NCBI GenBank assembly: GCA_030390025.1
Contig: CM059432.1
Coordinates: 14,944,001 to 15,008,000 of the forward strand
Origin: Squalus acanthias
Lineage: Eukaryota
Length of the DNA: 64,000 nt
Direction: 5' to 3'
Shown here one piece after another: positions 51,524-63,117 of the stretch (position 1 is the first letter of the stretch; each line of letters begins with the position of its first letter). The translations under genes and the position numbers were made by a program. The notes beneath the pieces are model-generated. The model saw nothing but the letters and a program-made list of their open reading frames with translations, was not told the origin of the DNA and ran no database searches.

Positions 51524-52904
51524 GGTTATTGAGTACATAGAAGTGTCAGGACTGGGGGAAAAAAAAGCATTAACGGTCAACTGGCCAGTCCTCAAAGATC
51601 AAAACATATTATTAGATTATTCCATGTTGTTTCAGGAATTGAGCCTGTACACAAACACCCCACTGAGCTGGTAATGTTCCTTAAAGGCACTTAGCACCAG
51701 CTCAAGCTATTGCCCTGATGAGCATCCCTAACACTCATGATGGAAGTAGAATCAAAGAGCCAGCTGCACCATCAGGACCCCAATAAAAATGAAATCGTTA
51801 CAAAGAATGATTGAATGACTTGGACTTTGTTCTTTAATGTTAATTGTGTTGTTTTTTTTGTTGTTGTTGAATATTTAATAGGGAAAACTGATGTGTTTAT
51901 TATGAGAACTGGCTTGGACAGAGCTTATTCAGAAGAGCTGCTAAACCCAACATGGTGAGTAAGTTGAATTCGCACACAACATAACTGGATGATATCACGG
52001 AGGCTCCCTAGGTTAACGACTATCCCAAGCGATATTAATTCAGCTCCCGCATGCTCTCAGATTCAATAACTCCTTCCAACCAGTTCCCTTCAGAATTCGC
52101 TGTTTAAATTTTTTTTTTAATCCGAAGATCAACAGACTGAAAAAGAACAATTAATAATAACTCTTTTTCAGCAAAATCATTTTAAATGGTGAAGCTCCCT
52201 CTTGAAAACAGTGAGAATTCAACTATCCAGCAGCTTAGTGATCAAATGTACCATCCAGGAAATCACTGAACTATGTTGATCAAAAAAGTCCTAGGTTCAG
52301 TCCCGCGTCTGTGTTGGGTTAGCTGAGCCCAGTATGGGTGCGACTATTGACCTCAGCACCATTTGTGCCAGGAAGAAAGAAAGACTTGCATTTATATAGC
52401 ACCTTTCACGACCTCAGAATGTCCCAAATTGCTTCACAGCCAATGAAGTACTTTTGAAGTGTAGTCACTGTTGCAATGTAGGAAACGCGGCAGCCAATTT
52501 GCACACAGCAAGCTCCCACAAACAGCAATGTGAGAGTGACCAGATAATCTGGCTTTTTTTTTTTAAGTGATGTTGATTGAGGGATAAATATTGGCCAGGA
52601 CACCAGAGGTAACTCCCCTGCTCTTCGAATAGTGCCATGGGAGCGCAGACAGGGCCTCGGTTTTAACATCTCATCCGAAAGACGGCACCTGTGACAGTGC
52701 AGCACTCCATCAGTACTGCACTGGAGTGTCAACCTAGATTTCTGTGCTCAAAGAAGGGCAAAAGGCAGATAGGGCTCCCACTCTTAATTGCTATTCTGTG
52801 ACATTCGATGACTCAACATGTGAAGAATGGCCATTTGAGTGAGGTCCCAACATAACCCAGCGTGAATCAGTGTATTCAGGAGGGAGAAGAGAAAGCTGGT
52901 GGCA

Positions 52905-52996
52905 CTTCACCTGACGAAGGAGCAGCGCTCCGAAAGCTTGTGATTTCAAATAAAACTGTTGGACTATAACCTGGTGTTGTGCGACTTCTCACATTT
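52905..52996 (+). mobile_element. Short hammerhead-bearing element, copy 8 (single arm without tail)
   Basis: CTTCAC-CTGACGA-A-GGAGC-AGC-GCTCC-GAAA-GC-TT-GTGA...GCGACTTCTCACATTT. No clear TSD. Confidence 0.85.
52907..52943 (+). ncRNA. Minimal type I hammerhead ribozyme motif (representative copy)
   Basis: Stem I TCAC/GTGA, core CUGACGA(+A), stem II GGAGC/GCUCC, GAAA, palindromic vestigial stem III (AGCU), H17=U. Predicted cleavage after 52939. Confidence 0.8.
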
Positions 52997-55978
52997 GGAA
53001 AAAAACAAGACAGTTGGGTTTTTTTAATTTTGTTTTCGGGATGTGGGCAAAACTAGCAAAGCTACATTTATTGCTCATCCCTAGTTCCCTCAAGAAGGTT
53101 GCGATGGGTCTTTTTGAACCACTGCAGTCCTTGTGTGAATTTATGAGCAATTGATGTATATTCCCTTTAATATGACTCACAGTTACAAGTGTTACCTTTA
53201 TATTGGAAATATTACTCCAACACTAGTCCTCATACATATAATCTGAGTACTTTAGGTATCTATACCTCAATCCTTTGCTGATTACATGGCACTTGGAGCA
53301 TGTTTCTGTTCAGTATATGGGTCCCCTTATGTTAATATAATAATGATTGAAGCTAATGGGTTGCAATGATAAAGCTTCTGTGGTATCAGATATATAAAAA
53401 TCAGTTGAATGAATGTCAGTCAGTAAGTTAATTGGGATGGTAACATAGGGTTCAATTATTGGAGTTTTTAATTTAAGTTTTAGGAATTTGAGGACAAATA
53501 TAAATGTCATAGTTTGTTTTATTTTATCCAAAATTGAGATCAATTAATAAGTCCTCAAACCACTTATAGATGTTAAGTTTAAAAACAAACGTATGGGGCG
53601 GGGGAAGAGAAGGAAGTTGTGATGACTGGGCCCCACCAGGGGTGGATGAAGTACTTCAAAAAAGTGTTTTTCTTCTTTCCTTTTATTTGGTTGTGTGAAG
53701 GATGGAAAGATTACAGCTGGAATCACTTTGGAGCGTTTGTACCACAGTTTATGCATGTTGAGCTGGATACCAGCCAGGGTTTATACAGTGGATGCCTTAG
53801 TTTTGCAGTTTCTAATTCAATCTGAAATAAGTAACATTTTATTTGTAAGAATAACTATAAACAGAGACCCCACCACCCCCCTCCCCAACGTCTTGTTCTC
53901 AGCATTTAACTCAGACTGCTCTATTGGAAAGAGTTCATTTTAGATCAGAGATTCCTTTTCACAAAGGTAACAGATGAGGGAAGCAAATCAGTCTGTCCTT
54001 CCATGGAAAGCTATGGTTCCCCTATAAACCTCACCCCTTGAAACACGGTCACTAACTTCATACGCAGCAAACTGCTACCGCCAAGTCTCTGCCCTGCCCA
54101 GCGCAGCCTCCCTGCTGGCTTCATGCTGACTACTGAGGTGAGGGCAAGCAGCCAAATACAAGCCCGCAATTGGAAGCTCCTGCCGATAGAGCTGGCCCCT
54201 GACAGCATTAAGAAGAATTATTGGCCCTGCTTCTCTCACAGACCTGGCCCACCTGTATATGGATCGAGACCCAGGGATCAAACAGAGAACCCTTGCTGTT
54301 GTACTCCAACTTACTAAAATAGATCAACCAACAGCTACACAATGGCTGGGAGGATGAATGGAATGGCTCCTAGAGTTTTTTGTCTCCACTTCCCTAACTG
54401 GAATATTATTCCAGGTATTAATTTAAGGTGGGCAACTGTTTCCTGCCAACAGTTCTGAACTTGTTTTTACCCGTTTGTACCGACATCCCCCATGCCCTTT
54501 AAATAGTGCTCCAGATATACCTTTTTTTCCCCACTTAGTATCTTATATAAGATTCCCTCTCATTCCCTCATTTTAAGTCTGAAAGAGCCATCGGTCCTTA
54601 TCACTCTGACCTCTGACACAAGGGATGAGCCTTGTGACCTTCTCCGCACTGGCTCCAGGGTTTTGATATTTCCCTTATGCCCGTAGAAGTGTTGTAAGAC
54701 GTGTTTATTCCTTGTGGGAAAGTGCTGAGTGCTGCCCAGTTCACAGCTCTAGCAGGTAACGTCCAGCCGAGGACCCCTGGGAGTCGAGCTTAGCCCGCGG
54801 TCAATAAAATGTCACTTCAAAGACTTGTGTTGACTGACGTCAAATGCATTTCAAATGGACCAACCTGAAACAATAATCCGACTCGAGTTTGCAACAATCA
54901 GCTTTATTACTCCCTGTTAAAAACTGTGAAAGATTCCAGAGAGATTTAAAATGTGCCCTCGGCTTTATAGCGAATATAAAGCTAGCCCTAACACAATGGT
55001 TTATTGCCGTGTCCTTCACTTCTAGGACCTGGAATCAATCAATGTCAGACTTGTGGGATGAAACATTTCCTCTGTCATTCTCAGCTGCGAGGGCACTATG
55101 TGAAATAAATGTGGGCGGTTTTAATATGGTTCCTAGTGAGTGCAAGTGGATGGCATGAAACCATAATTCATAACAAAGCTAGCCATCCCACTCACAAGAG
55201 TCCACAAGGACAGCTGCTGTAGTAAGTGGAACAATTAACACTGGTACAGTGGAGGGAGGTGCACTTCCTCATTGCGTGCAACATTGAAAGAGCGTGATTG
55301 CGAGCCGTGTACATGTGCTGTCAGACCCAATGCCGAGAATGACCTGGTAATTAGCGTGTCTTTATTTGTTTCCTAGCAGTGGTGGGACTGAGTTGGTTGC
55401 AACATAATGCCATTTCTCTCCGTGCTCTCGATTTCTTGATGCTCAACTTAAGGCCTCTGTCCACGTCAGTTTCCTCATGGAGGCCACCTCCACCTCAGCT
55501 GGAAGGGCAGCAATTTCTTGAAACTCACCGGAAGATTGAGGGCGAGCTGTTGCTTTCACGAGGCTAATGGCGGAGCGGCACAAATCATGCAACAACTTGT
55601 GGTGATTCGCAACTGAAAGGGTATCTCTTCCGCATCACCAATTGCTGGACAGTTTACACACTAATAACAGCCTGCACATTAAACTCGACCTTATTTTGCC
55701 AGCAAATTCTGGCCCGTTGTTTTATGCACAGAAAAGGGGGCACTGCGAGCAAACTGCGTCCAGGTACGAGCATTATATGAAAGGGGTGTTCCCTAAATTT
55801 TGGTTACATTTCTGCCCCATGGGCCGGGTGGAAGCTGCAGTTTACACGTCCAGGATGTGTGGGATTGTAAGAAGTGGTCTTTCTGCCTGCTTGCCCGTTT
55901 TAAGAGCTTCAATACGCATCTCAGGTGACCATGGAATGTGAACACGTGATGTCCAGCAATTCATGCAAAGCTTTCCGT

Positions 55979-56253
55979 TGTAGCGGGGCACCGCAAGACA
56001 TCTGTTATATAGTCACATGATAGTCTTGACATGAATCTTGTCATTCATGTGGAAATGACTTATGAAATAATACTGGGCGGCCTGCTGGAGGCGCTGTCCA
56101 GGGAGAGTATAAATACTCGGGCACGGGCCCAGCTTGCGCGGGACATTCTTAGCAGGAACTAGTGAAGGCCACAACTAGACCTCCATGTTGTAAAACAGTT
56201 GTTTAAAGCTTTGTTTAACGCTTAGACCAAGTGCCTAGTAGTTTTCTTACATC
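55979..56253 (+). mobile_element. Possible short Gypsy-like solo LTR
   Basis: TGT... start, TATAAATA at ~56108, ...TTACATCA end. No convincing TSD. Confidence 0.3.
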
Positions 56254-56289
56254 AAGTCTATTAGTTGTACTGTCCCAGAAGGGTACATG

Positions 56290-56810
56290 AAGAATGTTTG
56301 GTGGCATTCCACGTGACAATGCCGCCCCTACTGACCTATTTAAAATGGTGCATCCAATTGCGGCCATTATTAGAAGGGGCTGCTTCTCAGCATCAAGCTG
56401 CACTTTTTCCCAATGCTGCTCATCTTTGGTCACCCAGTGGGCAGGGCGAGCAGGTCAAAAGGACCTCCTCGTGGGGGCTCCTCCTGGCAAAATCCGCAAT
56501 CTATAGGTCAGAGTGCAAGATCGCTGCCGGTGATCTCTCTGCCTGCTTTCCCATGTTTAGAGATCTGGTAAATGCCTGGGTGACCACAGAGTAGGAGCGT
56601 GTGGTGTCCGCCGGTTCACTGAAGCTTTCCATGGCCAGTGGGCACCTCAAGAGGTCACCTGCATAGTCAACCCAAGCAGGAGAGTATTCAATTGACCTGG
56701 AAATAACTATTCTAGTTTAGATCGGCCGCGTGTTATTTTATCAGAGGTGCCCTTCCAAGAGAGTCCTCAAAGGAGGTTTGGTGGCATTCGGCATTTTTAA
56801 TAGAGAAAGA
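56290..56810 (+). mobile_element. Degraded Tx1/L1-clade LINE ORF2 C-terminus
   Basis: LLLAKSAIYRS...ACFPMFRDLVNAWVTTE resembles the Tx1 ORF2 end. Confidence 0.55.
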
Positions 56811-56874
56811 GAGTTCAATTATATTGGGAACTTGTGGACAATTAATCTGATCTTTAAGATTTTTTAGCTTTATA

Positions 56875-57299
56875 CAGGAAACTTTCGTTTATCCGGCATC
56901 GACGGGACCGGCGTGGTGCCGGTTTATCGAAAGTACCGGATAACAGAGAGTTATATCTACCGAGGCTATTTTTAACAAAGAGACTCCAAGCAGCACGGGA
57001 GAATCTACTCATGCTACTGCAGTGTTTCGGACTTGCGACAGCGCCAGGAGGCCGAGTAGTGGCACTTTTGAAAAGTACCCCTACTGACTAAATCGGCGTT
57101 CGCGGACTCGGACTCGGACTCAGGATCGGCAACATTGCCGGTTATTTGAGAGGATTTTTCGGAGCACTCGGCATTCGCGGAGACTCGACTGCGACTCGGC
57201 AACATTGCCGGTTATTTGAGAGGAGTTTTCGGAGGATGATTTTTGCCGGTTAAGCGAGAATTCCGGATATTTGGGTGCCGGATAAACGAAAGTTTCCTG
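56875..57299. mobile_element. Tc1/mariner-pogo (Tigger-like) MITE, 425 bp
   Basis: Perfect 24-bp TIR CAGGAAACTTTCGTTTATCCGGCA with TA on both sides; internal 29-bp direct repeat TCGGCAACATTGCCGGTTATTTGAGAGGA. Confidence 0.9.
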
Positions 57300-58024
57300 T
57301 ACAAAGTAAAGTGAACAGATAATGCCGTTGGTCAGATTAAATCTACAAAATAGAGTCATAGGGCTGGATTTTCATTGACCCATGGAGGCGGGTTTGGAGG
57401 CGTGTGGGGGGTTAAAATTGCGAAAACTGGCGGGCGGGCACAAGTCCGCCTTCATCCCGCCTCCACGCAATTTTCATTAAATCGTGTCTGCTGGTCCCGA
57501 CTCCGTCCCGCCTTTAAGAGGCGGGATAGGCTGTTAAGGCCCTTAACGAGCACTAAATTGGCTCTATAATGCCATTTTGAAAGGCCTTTGTGATTTTAAC
57601 CCTTGTTGTACGTGAAGCACGCCTGTTCTGAACCACGAATGTGAAACCTGGCGGTAACACATTTCGAAAGCTGACTATCAGCTGTAGGTCCACTATTAGG
57701 TCGGAGTAGTAGTAGTAGGAAAAATATATCTGGGAGCAGACCTAGGGCTGATGCTGCTCATTTTGCCTTCAGGTCCTCTCACAGCAAAGGCAAGAGAGTC
57801 TCTCTCTCTCTCTCTCTCTCACAGCAAAGGCCAGGCAGTCTTTGCAGACATTCAATGACATCATCAGAGGCGACTTTCAGACTGAAAACACTAATTGGTT
57901 CATGGGTTCCCACATGCTGGAACTCAATTGCCCAATTAGGTGAAAATCGCATCAATCTCCCACATCCGATTGCAGTCGGGTGGATAACACGAAAAGTGGA
58001 TGACACGACTCCAACCCGCCCCAG

Positions 58025-58645
58025 TCTCCCATGTGAGACTTTGTCAAAAGCCTTACTGAAGTCCATGTAGACTACATCAACTGCACTACCCTCATCCACA
58101 CACCTAGTCATCCCCTCAATAAATTCAATCAAATTGGTCAGACATGATCTCCCCCTGACAAAGCCATGCTGACTATCCCTGATTAATCCCTGCCTCTCCA
58201 AGTGGAGACTAATTCTGTCCCTCTGAATTTTTTCCAATAATTTCCCTACCACTGATGTTAGGCTCACTGGCCTGTAATTCCCTGGTTTATCCCTACTACC
58301 CTTCTTGAACAATGGTACTACGTTAGCTGTTCTCCAGTCCTCTGGCACCTCCCCTGTGGCCAGAGAGGTTCTGAAAATTTGTGTCAGAGCCCCTGCAATC
58401 TCCTCCCTTGCCTCACACAGCAGCCTGGGATACATCCCATCAGGGCCTGGGGATTTATCCACTTTTAAGCCCGCTAAAACCACTAGTACCTCCTCCCTCT
58501 CAATACTAATTTGTTCAAGTATATCACAGTCCCCCTGCCTGATTTCTATGCCTAGATCACCCTTCTGCATCGTGAACACAGATGCAAAGTATTCATTTAA
58601 AACCTCACCCACATCTTCCGGCTCTACACACAGATTGCCACTTTG
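58025..58645 (-). mobile_element. CR1 ORF2 reverse-transcriptase fragment
   Basis: KSPGPDGMYPRLL, VPEDWRTANVVPLFKKG, NYRPVSLTSVVGKLLE, QHGFVRGRSCLTNL, YMDFSKAFDKV. Confidence 0.92.
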
Positions 58646-58841
58646 GCAAAATAGTTGGAATTCATTATCTTAGGAAGGTCATAACAGGAATGCACAGATC
58701 ACTTTTATATTACAGTACTTTCAGAGACAGTGCCATTAAATAAACCATTGACTCTGGAAGGATCAATATGTACTGTACAAATTTACAATAAATGGCTACT
58801 TCCATCAGCATTGGATTTATATTAAGAGGAACCTAGAAATA

Positions 58842-59658
58842 TTCAGCCTGGATTGGGCTGATAACTGGCAAGAAACATTTGCACCACACAAGTGCCAGAC
58901 AATGACCATTTCCAACAAGAGAAAGTCTAACCACCGCCCCTTGACATTCAAAGGCATTACCATCGTCGAATCCCCCACCATCAACATCCTGGGGGTCAAC
59001 ACTGACAAGAAACTTAACTGGACCAGCCACATAAATACTGTCGCTACAAGAGCAGGTCAGAGGCTGGCTATTCTGCGGCCAGTATCTCACCTCCTGACTC
59101 CCCAAAGCCTTTCCACCATCTACAAGGCACAAGTCAGGAGTGCGATGGAATACTCTCCACTTGCCTGGATGAGTGCAGCTCCAACAACATTAGAAGCTCG
59201 ACACCATCCAGGACAAAGCAGCCCATTTGATTGGCACCCCATCCACCACCTTAAACATTCACTCCCTCCACCACCGGCGCACCGTGGCTGCAGTGTGTAC
59301 CATCTACAAGATACACTGCAGAAACTTGCCAAGGCTTGTTTGACAGCACTGCCCAAACCTACGACCTCTACCATCTAGAAGGAAAAGGGCAGCAGGTGCA
59401 TGGGAACACCACCACCTGCAAGTTCCCCTCCAAGTCACACATCATCCTTACTCGGAAATATCTTGCCGATCCTGCATCGTCACTGGATCAAAATCCTGGA
59501 ACTCCCTCCCTAACAGCACTGTGGGAGTACCTTCACCACAGGGACTGCAGCGGTTCAAGAAGGTGGCTCACCACCACCTTCTCAAGAGCAACTAGGGATG
59601 GGCAATAAATGCTGGCCTTGCCAGCGACGCCCACATCCCATGAACGAATTTTAAAAAA
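58842..59658 (+). mobile_element. 3' end of a CR1/L2-group (Zenon-like) LINE; a related upstream ORF2 piece lies at ~13995-14435
   Basis: ILGVNTDKKLNWTSHI...LSTIYKAQVRSAMEYS, ending GGGCAATAAATGCTGGCC...CACATCCCATGAACGAAT and an A-rich tail. Confidence 0.75.
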
Positions 59659-59868
59659 GCCCCTCGAGCCTGTTCCGCCATTCAATTAGATCATTGCTGA
59701 TCTGAATCTTTGCTCCATTCACCCACCTTGGTTCCATATCCCTTAATACCCTTACCTAAAATAAAAATCTGTCAGCTCTGTTTTGAAATTTTCAATTGAC
59801 CTAATGTCAACAGCTTTTTGGGGGGAAAGGGTTTCAGATCTCCACTACCTTCTATGTTACCTACTAAT

Positions 59869-60302
59869 GGGCAACACGGTGGCATAGTGGTTAGCACTGG
59901 TGCCTCACAGCGCCAGAGACCCGGGTTCGAATCTGACCTCGGGTGACTGTCTGTGTGGAGTTTGCACATTCTCCCCGTGTCTGCGTGGGTTTCCTCCGGG
60001 TGCTCCGGTTTCCTCCCACAGTCCAAAAATGTGTGGGTTAGGTTGATTTGGCTATGATAAATTGACCCTTAGTGTTAGGGGGGATTAAATATGTGGGGTT
60101 ATGGGGATAGGATGGGATATGTTAGGGGGAATTAAATACGTGGGGTTACGGGGTAGGGTGGGATATGTGTACTGTGGGGATTAAAGCAGGGACAGGGTAC
60201 TGGATTTGGATGATCAGCCATGATCGTATTGAATGGCGGAGCAGGCTCGACGGGCCGAATGGCCTACTCCTGCTCCTAGATTCTATGTTTCTATGTTTCT
60301 AT
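59869..60302 (+). mobile_element. HE1-type V-SINE with CR1-derived 3' tail
   Basis: GGTGGCATAGTGGTTAGCAC...GGTTCGAATC head; V-domain TGTGTGGAGTTTGCACATTCTCCCCGTGTCTGCGTGGGTTTCCTCCGGGTGCTCCGGTTTCCTCCCACAGTCCAAA; (TTCTATGT)n tail. Confidence 0.88.
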
Positions 60303-61150
60303 GAAGTGCTTCCTGACATCATCCCTGGATGGATCAACTCTAATTTTAAAGTTATACTCCATTGTCCTCGACTCCCCCACCAGAGGAAATAGTTTCTGTG
60401 TAGCTACCCGATCACGCCTCTCACAAATGACACAAATCACTGCACATACAATTAATTACTTTGAAGTGCAGCGGCTGCTGATATGTAGTTAAACAAGGGA
60501 GCTATTTTGGAACAGAAAGATCCTTCAAACAGAAGTGGGATGAATGACCATTAATCTGTTTTAGTGATATTAGTTGAGGGACACTGGGAGGACTCTTGGC
60601 ATATTTTGGCATCTTTAATGTCCACCTTAAATGACGGAGCAGGCAGTCGGAAGCCTTGTCTTAATGTCTCATCTGAAGGACATAACCTCTGACAAGGCAG
60701 CGCTCCCTCAGTACTGTACTGAAGTGTCAGCTCAGATTATGTGCTCAAGTCCGAGTGTGGAGCTGCAACCCACAAAAGCGTCTAAACCCGAGGCGAAAGC
60801 GCTACCCACTGAGCCAAGCAGACAAATGTCAAGACACCACTGAAGCGTGAGGGGCTTTCCAAGTGGAATGCATCACATGATGGGGCCACGGTTAAGCTTT
60901 GTGTGGAATCTAAATGATGAGTTTAACAGATGAATCTGTCAGCGAGCAGTCAGAAACAATGCAATCAGTTCACGGGGCTTTGAAAGTCCCCTCGTCATGT
61001 TACGCTTAAAATCAGCCAGCGGGCACACCACCCTATTTGGCCTTGTAACTTTTCCAAACCAGTATGGCAGCAACTTTCACTACCTAAGAGAAATAATTTA
61101 AGAAAATTATTTTTCAAAAATGAATAGAATTAGGTAAATAAACAAACAAT

Positions 61151-61999
61151 GGGCCTGAATTTGCGGTCGGAGGCATCTCCCCGCAAATAAAGTCCGTGCC
61201 TACCTGATGGTCCCCCGTAGGCACCGACTGTTCCGGTCCTGGGCCTCTATGCAAACGCCTGCGTAAGGCCCACGTATCCTAGGGGTGCACGCGGTTTGCG
61301 AGAGCCCCCTGGGATCACGTGGGCCGACCCGCGGACGGAATCCCCATAAGCATGAATGGAAAATCCCCCCAAAAAAACATTTACACGCCAATTAAATAAA
61401 AAATAAAATTACATGTTTAAGATTAATTAAAATACAATTTAACGAAACATTTAAAACAAAAATGTTATTTTTTGAAAAATAAATGTAAACCCTTTAAAGG
61501 GGCTAAAAAATAACCTAAACTTATTTTACAGGTTTATTTAATAATTAAAAAAAATATATGTTGTATATTCATTTAAACTTTTACCAGGCGTAAGAATTTC
61601 ACGGGCATTCGCTGGGCAGTGTCTCCGCCAGCAAATGTCCTTTTCCTGGGGATTCGTACGGTCTGTCAATAAGATTCTTGAGAAGTCGCACAACACCAGG
61701 TTATAGTCCAACAGATTTATTTAAAATTACGAGCTTTCGGAGCTGTTGCCCCTTCGTCAGGTAGAGGTACAATGTACCTGAGGAAGGGGCAACAGCTCCG
61801 AAAGCTCGTAATTTTAAATAAATCTGTTGGACTATAACCTGGTGTTGTGCGACTTCTCATTTTTGTCCACCCCAGTCCAACGCCGGCATCTCCGCAATAA
61901 GATTCTTGACAGATCGCAAGTTCCGGGGCTTCGCGCGCGAAAACCCAAAACTTGCGGGGCCCTTGCGTATGTGGCCAGAGGCCCCGGAAAATCCGGGCC
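61151..61999. mobile_element. Second copy of the Harbinger-like MITE (hosts element copy 9)
   Basis: GGGCCTGAATTTGCGG ... CCGGAAAATCCGGGCC, flanked by AAT and ATT. Confidence 0.75.
61682..61894. mobile_element. Short hammerhead-bearing element, copy 9 (palindromic), inside a MITE
   Basis: TSD CAATAAGATTCTTGA at 61667-61681 and 61895-61909. Inverted arms with an ~11-nt spacer; the plus arm has core CTGAGGA. Confidence 0.92.
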
Positions 62000-62002
62000 A
62001 TT

Positions 62003-62198
62003 ATTACAGTCCATATAAATAAAAGGGGGCATTATTTTATCCATATCAATAAAGAGGCATTCTACTGTCCATATAAATAAAAGGGGGGATTATACTCTCT
62101 ACATAAATAAAGGGGGAATTGTACTGTCCATATAAATAAAGAGACATTGTTTGTGCATATAAATAAAGGGGGGCAATATACTGTCCCTATAAATAAGT
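62003..62198 (+). repeat. Degenerate ~30-bp tandem repeat
   Basis: Recurrent TACTGTCCATATAAATAAA(A)GGGGGCAT. Confidence 0.75.
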
Positions 62199-62776
62199 AT
62201 ATAAATTCACAGTTGCAGCTGCTACTAAGCTATGTTGGGCCTGTGTGTATTAGGGCACTATGGTATGAGGTACAGGGAACTTGGACTGTCAATACAACAT
62301 TTCCAAACCACAGTTACATCAATTGAGCTTATTGTGAGCATCCTTCTTCATCTAATTCTATCAATCTTGTAAAAAATAATGCGCTTAAACAGTGAAGGCT
62401 GCTGACATGATTGATTTGGAGAAGTTACTGAGCTGAACAGGTTGGTGCGTCTGCTGTCTACTTTTAGAGAGCAGGATGACGAGAGGGCATCCAGATCCTT
62501 CCTCTGAAGTGCCTTCATTGTTTCTGACTGCTCTCTGATAGATTCATCTGTTAACATAACCCAGTTTTAGTGAATCTGCTCATTTATGTTGTCGAGGAAA
62601 CTTGGGGAAAGGCCCACACGTGGTGAAAACACATTGCGGCCCCGTGGGCAAACAGTTGAGTCCATCCATGGCCAGGCTCAAAAATGGTGGAAGAAATCCA
62701 AGTGATGGCGACAGTAGCTGTTTATCTTTGCCTCTAATGGCACCCAGCGGCAGCAAACAAAAATCCCTTCCAAGTG

Positions 62777-63117
62777 GACATAAGAACATAAGGATTAGGA
62801 GCAGGAGTAGGCCATTCGGCCCCTCGAGCCTGCTCCATCACTCAATAAGATCATGGCTGATCTTCGACCTCAACTCCACTTTCCTGCCCGATCCCCATAT
62901 CCCTTGATTCCCCTAGAGTCCAAAAATCTATCTATCTCAGCCTTGAATATACTCAATGACTCAGCATCCACAGCTCTCTGAGGTAGAGAATTCCAAAGAT
63001 TCACCACCCTCTGAGTGAAGAAATTTCTCCTCATCTCAGTCCTAAATGGCCGACCCCTTATCCTGAGACTGTGACCCCTGGTTCTAGACTCTCCAGCCAG
63101 GGGAAACAACCTCTCAG
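62777..63117 (-). mobile_element. CR1 3' end
   Basis: FPLAGESRTRGHSLRIRGRPFRTEMRRNFF...GYGDRAGKWS plus 3'UTR and tail. Confidence 0.9.
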
